Positions 28,925 to 37,914 of a DNA stretch of 64,000 nucleotides are shown piece after piece (within the stretch, counting starts at the first letter, position 1; the number at the start of each line of letters is the position of its first letter). The notes under the pieces were generated by a model. The model worked only from the letters and a program-made list of their open reading frames with translations. It was not told the origin of the DNA and did no database searches. A program made the position numbers and the translations under genes. This DNA comes from Verrucomicrobiaceae bacterium (GTDB lineage: Bacteria > Verrucomicrobiota > Verrucomicrobiia > Verrucomicrobiales > Akkermansiaceae), in NCBI GenBank assembly GCA_051252135.1, contig JBPOGH010000016.1:1-64000 (forward strand), written 5' to 3'.

Positions 28925-30262
28925 ATGAAAAAACGAACCATCATCACCGCTCTGACCCTCTCGGCCAGCTTCCTTTCTGCTGAACCTCTGGATGTCGAAA
29001 AAGACTCCCTCAAGTTCGGCTTCATTAAACTCACCGACTGCGCCCCCATCGTCATCGCCAAAGAAAAAGGCTTCTTCGAGGAAGAAGGCCTTCAGGTCGA
29101 AGTCGTCGCCCAACCCAACTGGAAACAACTCCTCGACAACGTCATCACCGGCGAGCTCGACGGCGCCCACATGCTCTCCGGCCAACCCATCGCCGCCACC
29201 ATCGGCTTCGGCACCAAGGCCCACATCGTCACCCCTTACACCCTCGATCTCAACGGTAATGCCATCACCGTCTCCAATTCGATCTGGGAACAAATGCAAG
29301 AGAACGACGAATCACTCCAGACCGAAACACCCCCTCACCCCATCACCGCCGAATCACTCAAGCCCATTGTCGATGAAGCAAAAGACGGCGGACAAAAACT
29401 CCCCATGGGCATGGTCTTCCCCGTCTCCACCCACAACTACGAAATCCGCTACTGGCTCGCCGCAGCTGGCATCAATCCGGGATTCTACACCTCCACCGAC
29501 CTGAAAGGATTCACCGATGGAGACATTGAGCTCTCCACCACCCCGCCACCCCAAATGCCCGCCACTCTGGAATCAGGAAAGAACGTCGCCTACTGCGTCG
29601 GAGAACCCTGGAACCAACAAGCCGTCTCCAAAGGAATCGGAGTCCCCGTGGTCACCAACTACGACATCTGGAAAAACAACCCGGAAAAAGTCTTCGGCGT
29701 CACCAAAGCATGGGCGGACGAAAATCCCAACACCCTCATCGCCGTCACCAAGGCCCTCATCAAGGCCGGCAAATGGCTCGATGCCGCCGAGGGTGGCAAG
29801 CTCATCAACCGTGAAGAAGCCTGCCGCATCCTCTCGCAAAAGAATTACGTCGGGGCCGACTACGACATCATCAAGAACTCCATGACCGGATACTTCTTCT
29901 TCCAAAAGACCGACAAGCGCGAAATGCCCGACTTCAACGTCTTCTTTAACTACAAGTGCTCCTACCCCTACTACTCGGATGGTGTCTGGTTCCTCACCCA
30001 AATGCGCCGCTGGGGCCAAATCACCGAGTCCAAACCCAAGGAATGGTATCACGATGTCGCCAAAAGCGTCTACCTCCCCGAGGTCTACATGGCAGCTGCC
30101 GAATCCCTCATTGAAGAAGGAGCCATCACCGCAGATGAAGTCCCCGCAAAAGACTTCGATGGCTACAAACCTCCCACAACCGAATTCATCGACGGCATCG
30201 AATACGATGGCAAAATGCCCATCGAATACATCAACAGCCACAAGATCGGTAACAAGGACTAA
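28925..30262 (+). CDS. nrtA: nitrate/nitrite ABC transporter substrate-binding protein (NrtA/CmpA/NasF family)
   Basis: [34 protein letters not shown] and [11 protein letters not shown]; signal peptide. Confidence 0.92.
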   Translation: MKKRTIITALTLSASFLSAEPLDVEKDSLKFGFIKLTDCAPIVIAKEKGFFEEEGLQVEVVAQPNWKQLLDNVITGELDGAHMLSGQPIAATIGFGTKAHIVTPYTLDLNGNAITVSNSIWEQMQENDESLQTETPPHPITAESLKPIVDEAKDGGQKLPMGMVFPVSTHNYEIRYWLAAAGINPGFYTSTDLKGFTDGDIELSTTPPPQMPATLESGKNVAYCVGEPWNQQAVSKGIGVPVVTNYDIWKNNPEKVFGVTKAWADENPNTLIAVTKALIKAGKWLDAAEGGKLINREEACRILSQKNYVGADYDIIKNSMTGYFFFQKTDKREMPDFNVFFNYKCSYPYYSDGVWFLTQMRRWGQITESKPKEWYHDVAKSVYLPEVYMAAAESLIEEGAITADEVPAKDFDGYKPPTTEFIDGIEYDGKMPIEYINSHKIGNKD

Positions 30263-30281
30263 CCAATCATCCCCCTAACAA

Positions 30282-30345
30282 GACGAACTTGGGGACCTCG
30301 TCATCTGTGTTTGTATGAACCCCGGGTCCGCCCGGGGTTCTTTCG
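30282..30345 (+). terminator. structured element plus intrinsic terminator after nrtA (copy 2)
   Basis: GACGA..TCGTC hairpin, TGTGTTTGT, GAACCCCGGG/CCCGGGGTTC then TTT. Confidence 0.7.
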
Positions 30346-30363
30346 TATCCCCTCATCCCCTCA

Positions 30364-30400
30364 ATTAACCCAACTCATTGTCCATGGTTTGATTCATGCT
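30364..30400 (+). promoter_or_regulatory. degenerate palindrome plus sigma54-like promoter
   Basis: ATTAACCCAACTCAT (30364-30378); TGGTTTGATTCATGCT (GG 30386, GC 30398). Confidence 0.45.
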
Positions 30401-30414
30401 TTTACCCCACCCTG

Positions 30415-31260
30415 ATGAAAATCCTGATCCCTCTTCTCGTCCTCCCCCTCGCCGCCAGCGAACCGCTCACCAGCTCCGCAAACATCACCCTCGTCCCGAT
30501 CCCGGCAGGCACCTTCATCATCGGGAGTCCGGACTCGGAAAAAGGCCGCAGCAGGGACGAAGCCCAACGCAAAGTTGAAATCACCAAACCCTTCCATATC
30601 GCATCCACCGAGATCACCCAGAAACAATGGGTCGATGTCATGGGAACCACCTTCGACGATCTCATCAACAAACAACGGGGCCCCGTCGGTCGCGGCGCCA
30701 ATCTCGCCAGCACCCCCTCGGCCACCGGAGACGAACAACCCATGTGCTTCGTCAATTGGTCGGATGCCCTCGAATTCTGCCACACCCTCACCAAAAAAGA
30801 CCGCGCCGCAAACATCATCCCCTCCACCTCTGAATACAACTTACCCTCCGAAGCACAGTGGGAATACGCCTGCCGCGCAGGAACCTCCACCCCCTTTCAC
30901 TACGGCGACACCTTCACCAGCGACCTCGCCAACTTCTACGGAAAGTCCCCCTACGGAACCACCGTCACCGGCCCCTACCTCGAAAAATCCACCCCCGTAA
31001 AAACCTTTAAACCCAACCCCTGGGGACTCTACGACATGCACGGAAATCTCTACGAGTGGTGCCTCGATTGGTATTCCGAAACCCCCACCACCACCCAAGA
31101 CCCCTCCGGCCCCGACTCAGGAGACGGGCGCATCATCCGCGGCGGTGCCTGGGACCGCAAGGCCACCAGCTGCCGCAGCGCCTACCGATACAGCAGGGAC
31201 CCAAATCGCAGGGCCCACAATATCGGATTCCGAATCGTCCTCATCCCCTCCGGAGAATAA
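30415..31260 (+). CDS. formylglycine-generating enzyme (FGE-sulfatase/SUMF1) domain protein, secreted
   Basis: LPSEAQWEYACRAG, NPWGLYDMHGNLYEWC, RGGAW and IGFR; signal peptide. Confidence 0.9.
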   Translation: MKILIPLLVLPLAASEPLTSSANITLVPIPAGTFIIGSPDSEKGRSRDEAQRKVEITKPFHIASTEITQKQWVDVMGTTFDDLINKQRGPVGRGANLASTPSATGDEQPMCFVNWSDALEFCHTLTKKDRAANIIPSTSEYNLPSEAQWEYACRAGTSTPFHYGDTFTSDLANFYGKSPYGTTVTGPYLEKSTPVKTFKPNPWGLYDMHGNLYEWCLDWYSETPTTTQDPSGPDSGDGRIIRGGAWDRKATSCRSAYRYSRDPNRRAHNIGFRIVLIPSGE

Positions 31261-31348
31261 TCCCCCCATCAATCGGTATCATTCATAGTTCACCATTGAA
31301 CCCGGCATACAAAAAAGGTCCGGCCGCTGCTGCCTATGCCGGGTCAAG

Positions 31349-33364
31349 ATGTCTCGAATCTTCCATGGCGCATTGCGCAACCTTTCACCCACCCGCCGAC
31401 CGACCTCCAAAGAGGCCAGTCATCTCGTGATCGTGGGCAATGGCATGGTCGGAGCAAAGCTCTGCGAAGCCCTGGTTGAAGAAGGACTCAACACCCGACT
31501 CAACATCACCGTCATCGGCGGGGAACCCGTCCCCGCCTACAACCGCGTCAAGCTCTCCACTTACGTCGATCACCGCGATCCGGAGAAACTCGAGACCCAC
31601 CCCCTCGCCTGGTATCAGGAACACAACATCACCCTAAACACCGGAGTCAGGGTCACCGCGATCGATCGCGACTCCAAAACTCTCACTCTTTCTTCCGGCG
31701 ATCCCATCTCATACACCGATCTCGTCATCGCCACCGGATCGCGTCCCTTTGTTCCACCCATCCCCGGCTCCGAATCGGATAAGGTCTTTCTCTACCGCAC
31801 CCTCGAAGATCTCGACCGCATCATCACCGCAGCCGACGGAAAAAAATCCGCCACCGTCATCGGCGGAGGCCTCCTGGGGCTCGAAGCCGCCCAAGCCCTG
31901 CAGTCGCTCAACTTACAAACTGCCGTCATCGAGCGGGCCAATTTTCTCATGCCCCAGCAGCTCGACCAACGGGCCGCCGAAATCCTCGAGAACAAAATCA
32001 AAGACCAAAAAATCGACCTGCATCTCGGAATCCAGAACACCCGGATTACCGAACAGCCCAAAGGCAAAGGGCTGGAGCTCACTCTCGATCAGAACACCAC
32101 CTTCAAGACCGATCTCGTCGTCATCTCCGCCGGCATCAAGCCCAACAGCGAGATCGCCGAAGACGCCAATCTCCCCATCGGTGTCCGCGGCGGCATCGTC
32201 GTCAACGGACACCTCGAAACCGAAGACCCGCACATCTTTGCCATCGGCGAGTGCGCCCTCCTGCACGGTCGCACCTATGGACTGGTCGCCCCGGGCTACG
32301 CCATGGCCAAGCACTTTGCCTCCCGCTTCGCCGGAAAAAAGCTTCGCCCCCTCGAGCCTCTCGATATGTCCACCCGCCTCAAAATGCTGGGTGTTTCGGT
32401 CACCACCATTGGAGAACCCTTGCAGGAAAGCCAACGCCTCGAGTTCATCGAAGGAGACACCTACCGCATGCTCGCCATCGGCCGGAAGCGCACCCTTCTC
32501 GGTGCCCTTGCCATCGGCCCATGGAACGAGACCGGACAAATCCAAAGCAACTATCTCAACACCTTCAAAATCTCCCGCAAACAGGAAACCCACTTCCTCA
32601 AGCACGGAGAACTCTTCCCCAACCAGACCATCGAAGACCCCTCGGCCTGGCCCGAAAACCGGATCGTCTGCAACTGCCTCGGCATTTCCAAAGGACAAAT
32701 CAACGCCTGCCGCCTCGCCTGCCAGAACGATCCCGACCTCGTCGCCAGAAAGACCGGCGCCTCCACCGTCTGCGGCTCCTGCTCTCCTCTCGTCGCTCAA
32801 CTGTGCGGCACCGTTTCCACCTTCAAAAGGCCACGCCTGGGCATCGCCGCCCTGCTCATCACCTCTGTCATCGCTCTCCTCGCCACCATCTCCACCATCG
32901 TCTTCCCCGGCGTCTCGATGGCCGATTCCGTCGAGTCCACTTGGTACAAAATCGACCAACTCTGGCGGGACAACTTCATCAAGCAAATCACCGGCTACTC
33001 CCTCGTCGGCATCTTCCTCATCGGACTCATCATCTCACTCCGCAAGCGCTTCTCCTGGTTCACCTGGGGACAGTTCACCACCTGGCGCTTCTTCCACTCC
33101 GCCTTCGGACTCATCTCCCTCGGTGCCCTCTGGGTGCACACCGGCTTCCACTTCGGCAGCAATCTCAACTTCTGGCTCATGGCCGTCTTCGTCCTCCTCA
33201 ATCTCCTGGGAGCCGTCGCCGGGATCATCACCGCCATCGAATCAAAAGGCACCTGGTCCGCCGCCCGCCGTCTCCGCCCCATCCTCACCTGGGCCCACCT
33301 CATTCTCTTCTGGCCCCTCCCCGTCCTCATCACCTTTCACGTCATGTCGGTTTACCTCTACTGA
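31349..33364 (+). CDS. NirB/NasB-like FAD/NAD(P)H oxidoreductase with BFD [2Fe-2S] and a C-terminal 5-TM cytochrome b-like domain
   Basis: VGNGMVG, ATGS, IGGGLLGLEAA, AIGEC, TRLK and CNC...CGSC. No siroheme domain. Two TM helices each carry His-x13-His. Confidence 0.85.
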   Translation: MSRIFHGALRNLSPTRRPTSKEASHLVIVGNGMVGAKLCEALVEEGLNTRLNITVIGGEPVPAYNRVKLSTYVDHRDPEKLETHPLAWYQEHNITLNTGVRVTAIDRDSKTLTLSSGDPISYTDLVIATGSRPFVPPIPGSESDKVFLYRTLEDLDRIITAADGKKSATVIGGGLLGLEAAQALQSLNLQTAVIERANFLMPQQLDQRAAEILENKIKDQKIDLHLGIQNTRITEQPKGKGLELTLDQNTTFKTDLVVISAGIKPNSEIAEDANLPIGVRGGIVVNGHLETEDPHIFAIGECALLHGRTYGLVAPGYAMAKHFASRFAGKKLRPLEPLDMSTRLKMLGVSVTTIGEPLQESQRLEFIEGDTYRMLAIGRKRTLLGALAIGPWNETGQIQSNYLNTFKISRKQETHFLKHGELFPNQTIEDPSAWPENRIVCNCLGISKGQINACRLACQNDPDLVARKTGASTVCGSCSPLVAQLCGTVSTFKRPRLGIAALLITSVIALLATISTIVFPGVSMADSVESTWYKIDQLWRDNFIKQITGYSLVGIFLIGLIISLRKRFSWFTWGQFTTWRFFHSAFGLISLGALWVHTGFHFGSNLNFWLMAVFVLLNLLGAVAGIITAIESKGTWSAARRLRPILTWAHLILFWPLPVLITFHVMSVYLY

Positions 33365-33376
33365 TCCCGTTCACCG

Positions 33377-34624
33377 ATGTCCCCGCTCCTGAAAAAATAT
33401 CGCCCTCTCTTACTCTGGTTCGCCCTCTCCGCCGGCCTCGCCGGATACCTCTATTACCTCTTCTACCAAGCCCCTGACAAAACCGCCCTCCTCCCCGGAC
33501 GCACCACCGATGCCCACCATCAGATCGAGATGGAATGCGCCGCCTGCCACACCAATGAAAAATCAGAAAACATCTTCACCTCTTCCGGAGTCACCAATGA
33601 ATCCTGCAACAACTGCCACGCCCAGGACCTCGCCGCCTTCAGCGATTCCCACCCCACCCGTAAGTTTAAGAACCCCGAAAACGCCGTCTTCATCGACCAC
33701 ATCGACGCCCTGAACTGCATCACCTGCCACAGCGAGCACAACGCAAAGATCACCGGAGAAATGTCCGTCACCATCCCCGCCGATTACTGCGCCCACTGCC
33801 ACAGCGTCACCCTCGAAACCCTCGATTCCCACAAAAACCTCTCCTACGACACCTGCGCCACCGCCGGCTGCCACAACTACCACGATAACACCGGCCTCGA
33901 GCCCTCTTTCCTCCTCAAGCACTACGGCACCCCCAAGGTCCTCTCCACTCCCTCACTCCTCACCTCGACCTCCGAACCCTGCCCCGACCCCTGGCTCCCC
34001 TCCTCCAACTCACAACACTGCGCCTCATGTCACGACTCCACCATGACCGACTTCAAAAAAGGCAAACACGGCATGCGCTTCGCCTTCCCCAACCTCTCAC
34101 CCATCACCCCCGCCGAAGCACGCCTGCCCATGAAGGCCGCCGCCGCCCACAGCGCCATGGACTGCCGCTCCTGCCACCAACCCGCCCAGAAATCCAACCC
34201 CCTCTTCGCTTCCCAACAATCCTGCCTCCAATGCCACGATGACGATCACTCCAAAAACCACCAACACTCAACCCACGTCAACGTCGGCGTCTCTTGCGCC
34301 ACCTGCCACATGCCCCGCGAAGAACGAGACGGCTCCCTCTTCGTCATCCATGACAACACCGCCAACCTCCGCCCCAACGAAAAGATGATCAAGAACGTCT
34401 GCATCGACTGCCATGGACTCCAGTTCTCCATGGACGCCATGACAGACCCCCTCCTCCTCGAAAACAACTTCTCCACTTCCCCCACCAAAACACATCCCGG
34501 AATCAAATGGACCGCCGATGCCGCCCTCAAGCGCGGTGGCGATGACGCCGATGTCATCCGCAAATACCTCGATTCCCTCACCAAAAAATCTCCAACCACA
34601 ACCACCAAAAACAATGACCTATAA
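33377..34624 (+). CDS. membrane-anchored multiheme cytochrome c (9 CxxCH + 1 CX4CH)
   Basis: N-terminal TM helix; CAACH, CNNCH, CITCH, CAHCH, CATAGCH, CASCH, CRSCH, CLQCH, CATCH, CIDCH. Confidence 0.9.
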   Translation: MSPLLKKYRPLLLWFALSAGLAGYLYYLFYQAPDKTALLPGRTTDAHHQIEMECAACHTNEKSENIFTSSGVTNESCNNCHAQDLAAFSDSHPTRKFKNPENAVFIDHIDALNCITCHSEHNAKITGEMSVTIPADYCAHCHSVTLETLDSHKNLSYDTCATAGCHNYHDNTGLEPSFLLKHYGTPKVLSTPSLLTSTSEPCPDPWLPSSNSQHCASCHDSTMTDFKKGKHGMRFAFPNLSPITPAEARLPMKAAAAHSAMDCRSCHQPAQKSNPLFASQQSCLQCHDDDHSKNHQHSTHVNVGVSCATCHMPREERDGSLFVIHDNTANLRPNEKMIKNVCIDCHGLQFSMDAMTDPLLLENNFSTSPTKTHPGIKWTADAALKRGGDDADVIRKYLDSLTKKSPTTTTKNNDL

Positions 34625-35231
34625 CAAATACAACCTGCTGGCCGGTATCACCGCCAGTATCGCCATCGCCTCCTGCAGCTCGGAGGAGGAAACTACGGAA
34701 ACCACGGGAGGCTATGAAGCCGAACAGGTCGCCGAAGCACTCTACACCGTTCTCAAGGCGGACCGCACCATCTACGCCAAGAAGGTCGTCAGTCGCCTCG
34801 TGAATACCGAAGGAGTGATCACCGCCCATGAGGAATGGCAGGAAAAGAAAGCCCTCCTCCTCCCGGCCCAGTTCTTCCGTGAAGGCGCGGAACTCGTCGA
34901 TGAAGTCGAAGACAAGCCCTTCGATTTCTCCTACTCCCTTCAGTCCAAATGGCCCCTCAACATGGCCAATGCCGCCAAGAAAACCCCCGCCGTCATCGAA
35001 GGCCTCGAAGCCGTCTCCGACCCGGAGCACGAACTCTACGGCAAGAAGTGGACCGGCACCGAGGAACTCGGCGGAAAGAAATATTTCGTCGGCATCTACC
35101 CGGACCGCGCCGTCGCTCCCGCTTGCTGGGAATGTCACAACGACCACGCCAACCGCAAGCCCGACTACCCCGAATTCAAAAAGGGCGACGTCATGGGAGG
35201 CATCGTCATTCGAATCCCGATAGCTGAATAA
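34614..35231 (+). CDS. DUF3365 (Tll0287-like) heme c lipoprotein
   Basis: Lipobox IASC, LPAQFFR, ACWECHN and GDVMGGIVIRIP. Confidence 0.8.
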   Translation: MTYNKYNLLAGITASIAIASCSSEEETTETTGGYEAEQVAEALYTVLKADRTIYAKKVVSRLVNTEGVITAHEEWQEKKALLLPAQFFREGAELVDEVEDKPFDFSYSLQSKWPLNMANAAKKTPAVIEGLEAVSDPEHELYGKKWTGTEELGGKKYFVGIYPDRAVAPACWECHNDHANRKPDYPEFKKGDVMGGIVIRIPIAE

Positions 35232-35248
35232 CCAACCCCTTCTTCACC

Positions 35249-35641
35249 ATGACTCATACCCTCGTCATCACCGCGGCTCTCCTCGTGCTCGTCTCCTGCA
35301 AGCCCTCCTCCAAGGAAGACCCAAAGGAAACCTCCACCCCGGAGCCAAGCGACCATTCCTCCCCATGGACTCCCACCGATCCCGCCATCCTGGCAGGTCG
35401 GGAAATCTATGAAATCGAATGCTCCCTGTGTCATGACGAGGGCGAAGAAGGAGCCCCTCGCCTCTCCAGTAAAAAACAATGGACCAAACGCGAAGCAAAG
35501 GGACTCGATACCCTCATCTCCCACGCCATCAACGGCTTCGATGGCTCCAATGGAGAAATGCCCGCACGCGGAGGCACCAAAACCCTCACCGATGAAGAAG
35601 TCACCAATGCAGTCAAATACATGATCGCTGTCCCCAAATAA
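35249..35641 (+). CDS. cytochrome c5-like lipoprotein
   Basis: Lipobox LVSC, CSLCH, GAP, HAING and MPARGG. Confidence 0.88.
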   Translation: MTHTLVITAALLVLVSCKPSSKEDPKETSTPEPSDHSSPWTPTDPAILAGREIYEIECSLCHDEGEEGAPRLSSKKQWTKREAKGLDTLISHAINGFDGSNGEMPARGGTKTLTDEEVTNAVKYMIAVPK

Positions 35642-35659
35642 ACAAAACTCCATAAACCT

Positions 35660-36106
35660 ATGTCAGAACATCCCGCAGACCACCCCCTCACCCTCGAACA
35701 AAAAATCCTGGTGCAAGAATCCTGGGAAAAAGTCGCACCCATCGCACCCACCGCCGCCAGCCTCTTCTACGAGAAGCTCTTCGAGCTCGACCCCAACCTC
35801 AAACCCATGTTCGCCAACAGCGACATGAATGACCAGGGAAAGAAACTCATGCTCATGATCGGCGCCGCCGTCAAAGGACTCGACTCCCTCGGCGAACTCG
35901 TCCCCGCCGTCCAGGGACTCGGCAAACGCCACGTCAAATACGGCGTCCAAGCCAGCCACTATGACACCGTCGGTGCCGCGCTCCTCGACACCCTCGCCAA
36001 AGGCCTCGGTGACGACTTCACCCCGGACGCCAAGGAAGCATGGACCATCACCTACACCACCCTCGCCGGGCTGATGATTGAAGCATCGGAATACGAACCG
36101 ACGTAA
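35660..36106 (+). CDS. single-domain globin (bacterial hemoglobin)
   Basis: VQESW, FY (TyrB10), MF (PheCD1), Q (E7), GKRH (HisF8), HYDTVG and AW. Confidence 0.92.
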   Translation: MSEHPADHPLTLEQKILVQESWEKVAPIAPTAASLFYEKLFELDPNLKPMFANSDMNDQGKKLMLMIGAAVKGLDSLGELVPAVQGLGKRHVKYGVQASHYDTVGAALLDTLAKGLGDDFTPDAKEAWTITYTTLAGLMIEASEYEPT

Positions 36107-36131
36107 TCGGGCTCACCATCACCCCTTGAGC

Positions 36132-36160
36132 AAAGACCCGGAGACCTCCCGGGTCTTTTT
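36132..36160 (+). terminator. intrinsic terminator after the globin gene
   Basis: AAAGACCCGG-loop-CCGGGTCTTTTT. Confidence 0.85.
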
Positions 36161-36185
36161 ACACCCCCCTCCCCTCATTCCATCC

Positions 36186-36222
36186 ATGAATCCTCTTCAT
36201 CATTCTTGGCTCACTCCATGCA
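36186..36222 (+). promoter_or_regulatory. palindrome plus sigma54-like promoter for nrtB
   Basis: ATGAATCCTCTTCAT (36186-36200); TGGCTCACTCCATGCA (GG 36208, GC 36220). Confidence 0.7.
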
Positions 36223-36241
36223 ATCCGGGTTGCTCACACTC

Positions 36242-37891
36242 ATGGCCGATTCCAAGAAAGATAAAATTAAGTATGGCATCCTGAAATTCATCGATGTCAG
36301 TGGCTTCAAGGTTCTCGATCCACCCGTCCGCCTCGCCTTCGGAGAGGAACCGCAAAAGCAGGTGCGTGACATCGCGCGCTTCATGCTTCTGCCCTCCCTC
36401 TTTGTCGGACTCTGCATCCTCACCTGGCACATTGCCGGACCCACCCACAAAACCAAATCCGGCGAGGTGCCCACCCCCGGAAAAATCCTGAGCGCCTACA
36501 GTGACAACAAACGCTTCGACGAACGCGAAAACGAAAAGGAACGTGACTTCTCCCTCACTGGAAAAGAACGACTTGCCGAAATCGAACTCGTAAAGTCACA
36601 ACTCGCCACCTTCGAAAAAGAATCCGCCGCACTCGAAGTAAAGGCCAAGGAGACCGCCATCGCCGTTCAAAATGAAATCGATGCAAAACTCGCACCCATC
36701 AACGGGCGCATCGACACCCTCAAGGCTCAATCCAAAGAACAAAAAGCGGATCGCAAAGAAAAAATGACTCTCCTCGCCGGGTCCATCCTCGCGGGCACCG
36801 CCTCACAGGAAGAACTCCTCGCCCTCATCGAAGAAGATCGCTCCGCCGCTGAAGCGGAACGCGATGAACTCAAGACCCTCAAGGATCAACTCGATGACAT
36901 CCGCTCCAACCCACCCAAAAAACTCAAGGAATCCCAGCTCGCATCCAACCGCGTTGCCGATGAAGTCCAGCACTACCGCAAGCGCCTCGACTACCTCACC
37001 ACCGGAAACCGCGAAGTCAAAAAAGACGAACTCCTCGCCAAAATAGAGACCGATCAGGGCGAACTCATCGCCGCCACCACCCCGGCCGATGTCATCAAGG
37101 AAGCCAAAGCCATCGTCAGCAATCGCGAACGCGCCGCCAAAACCGATGAGCAGGACTACCCCCGCACCGCCACCATCTTCTGGCAAACCAAGCGCTCCCT
37201 CGCTACCGTCTTCGTCGGCTTCGTCATCGCCGCCGCCGTCGCCATCCCCCTCGGAATCATGTGCGGACTCAACAAGGTCGTCATGGCCTGCCTCACCCCC
37301 ATCATCTCCATCTTCCGGCCCGTCTCCCCCGTCGTCTGGCTCCTCATCTTCCAGATCGTCGTCGGAGCCTTCTTCCCGGACCCCGAAAAACACCCGCTTT
37401 TCGCCACCCTCAATACCGACCATTGGTTCGGATGGATCCCCAACCCCCTGGCCTTCCTCCAGACCAACCCCGCCATGATCTTCTCCGCCTGCACCGTTGC
37501 CATGTGCGCCCTCTGGCCCGCACTGGTCAACACCGCCCTCGGCGTCTCCGCCATCGACAAGGACCACCTCAATGTCGCCCGCGTCCTCAAGCTCGGCTTC
37601 TGGTCACGACTCTTTAAAATTGTCATCCCCTCCTCACTCCCCCTCGTCTTCGCCGGACTCCGCATCTCACTCGGCGTCGGCTGGATGGTCCTCATCGCCG
37701 CCGAGGCCCTCTCTTCCTCCGATGGACTCGGAAAGTTCGTCTGGGACGAATACCAAAACGGTTCCTCCCAATCATTCGCCAATATCATCCTCGCCTGCTT
37801 CATCGTCGGCATCATCGGCTTCTTCCTCGATCGCATCATGATCGTCCTCCAACGCCTCGTCTCCTTCGATGACGGTTCCGCCACCGCTTAA
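36242..37891 (+). CDS. nrtB: nitrate ABC transporter permease with a large coiled-coil insertion
   Basis: RPVSPVVWL, LWPALVNTALGV, GLRISLGVGWMVLIAAE and GLGKFVWDE; a long E/K-rich segment follows TM1. Confidence 0.88.
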   Translation: MADSKKDKIKYGILKFIDVSGFKVLDPPVRLAFGEEPQKQVRDIARFMLLPSLFVGLCILTWHIAGPTHKTKSGEVPTPGKILSAYSDNKRFDERENEKERDFSLTGKERLAEIELVKSQLATFEKESAALEVKAKETAIAVQNEIDAKLAPINGRIDTLKAQSKEQKADRKEKMTLLAGSILAGTASQEELLALIEEDRSAAEAERDELKTLKDQLDDIRSNPPKKLKESQLASNRVADEVQHYRKRLDYLTTGNREVKKDELLAKIETDQGELIAATTPADVIKEAKAIVSNRERAAKTDEQDYPRTATIFWQTKRSLATVFVGFVIAAAVAIPLGIMCGLNKVVMACLTPIISIFRPVSPVVWLLIFQIVVGAFFPDPEKHPLFATLNTDHWFGWIPNPLAFLQTNPAMIFSACTVAMCALWPALVNTALGVSAIDKDHLNVARVLKLGFWSRLFKIVIPSSLPLVFAGLRISLGVGWMVLIAAEALSSSDGLGKFVWDEYQNGSSQSFANIILACFIVGIIGFFLDRIMIVLQRLVSFDDGSATA

Positions 37892-37914
37892 CAAATTCAA
37901 ATGACCACTCAACC

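Noticed and set aside
31349..33364. Calling this gene nirB
   Set aside because: It lacks the siroheme/[4Fe-4S] nitrite reductase domain, and no nirD is present.
33377..34624. Calling the multiheme NrfA, HAO or MtrA
   Set aside because: No CxxCK, and heme count and spacing do not match by eye; no adjacent MtrB-type barrel. The family cannot be assigned without a search.
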